Source: Anthoceros angustus
Taxonomy: Eukaryota > Plantae > Anthocerotophyta
Reading direction: 5' to 3'
DNA: 64,000 nt
Assembly (NCBI GenBank): GCA_010909165.1
Contig: VJWM01000227.1
Coordinates: 186,001-250,000, forward strand
The translations under genes were made by a program, and so were the position numbers. This document shows positions 63,502 through 64,000 of this stretch, piece after piece; positions within the stretch are counted from its first letter, which is position 1; each line of letters begins with the position of its first letter. Below the pieces are notes generated by a model, which had not been told where the DNA came from, searched no databases, and was given only the letters and a program-made list of their open reading frames with translations.

Positions 63502-64000
63502 ATGAGTAATGATGGATGTTTTGTTATTCCTTTAATACTTTCATTGGTTGGAGCGTACTTCTTTCATTGGGATATTGAGCAGCAGTCTTCAACGAGATTT
63601 TGGTGGAAGTTTCCGCGCCAAAATACAACTTGGAGTTCTTTACACATGCTTGCTTGGCACCTTATGGGGCAATAACAGTTGGATGCACAATGGAGGAAGG
63701 AGTACAGGATGGCCTACTCAAATTTCAAGCTTTTGGTGGAAGAATTACGTCCTTACATCCAAAAGAAGTCTAGCAGGCCACCTCTGTAACTTGAGCTTGG
63801 AGTTGCCATGGTCTTGCACAGGTTAGCTTATGGAGCATTTCCTAAAGTTGTCGCTAACACCTATAGGGTTGGACCATCCACAGTGACAGAGTATACCAAG
63901 TTGATTACTAGCATCCTTAGTAATCCAAGGAAGTTGGCTTCAAAGTTCATCAACATGCCAAGTGGCCAACGACAACTAGCATGTGTAGATAAGTTTTTTG
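63502..64000 (+). pseudogene. PIF/Harbinger transposase N-terminal region (HARBI1-like) with in-frame stops; runs off the window
   Basis: One frame reads RFWWKFPRQNTTW...Q*QLDAQWRKEYRMAYSNFKLLVEELRPYIQKKSSRPPL*LELGVAMVLHRLAYGAFPKVVANTYRVGPSTVTEYTKLI...FINMP. TAA stops at 63673 and 63787. Confidence 0.8.

Noticed and set aside
63673-63789. In-frame TAA stops in the transposase as possible U-to-C RNA editing sites
   Set aside because: Such editing is organellar. This is a nuclear TE, and ordinary mutational decay (e.g. C-to-T) is the simpler explanation.

Overview
Eukaryotic, land-plant nuclear DNA. The short GT-AG introns, high gene density and GC-rich exons suggest a bryophyte or hornwort; that assignment is inference. 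The left half (1-30 kb) is gene-dense. It holds three consecutive intronless genes (ZC3H15/TMA46-like CCCH protein, class II PRPP synthase, Exo70), then LSM7, a catechol-O-methyltransferase-like gene, fatty-acid amide hydrolase, a BAM4-like beta-amylase, a large [CAF][TS]FxPxI-repeat protein and a small Cys/His zinc-motif protein. The right half (30-64 kb) is a three-level transposon nest. A decayed PIF/Harbinger element (Myb/SANT ORF plus transposase) is interrupted by a Ty1/Copia element (255/253-bp LTRs, perfect GTTTG TSD). The Copia integrase is in turn interrupted by a 23.5-kb Ty3/Gypsy element. The most unusual features are these: each giant Gypsy LTR appears to carry a complete ~4-kb sense-strand gene; the Copia element carries extra ORFs upstream of gag and antisense downstream of pol; the BAM4-like gene keeps the catalytic Glu that Arabidopsis BAM4 lost; and the methyltransferase looks like animal COMT rather than plant CCoAOMT. 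The TE sequence is full of small indels and microhomology-bounded duplications, probably partly long-read consensus error, so protein reconstructions there are approximate. All homology calls come from recalled family motifs; no searches were run.
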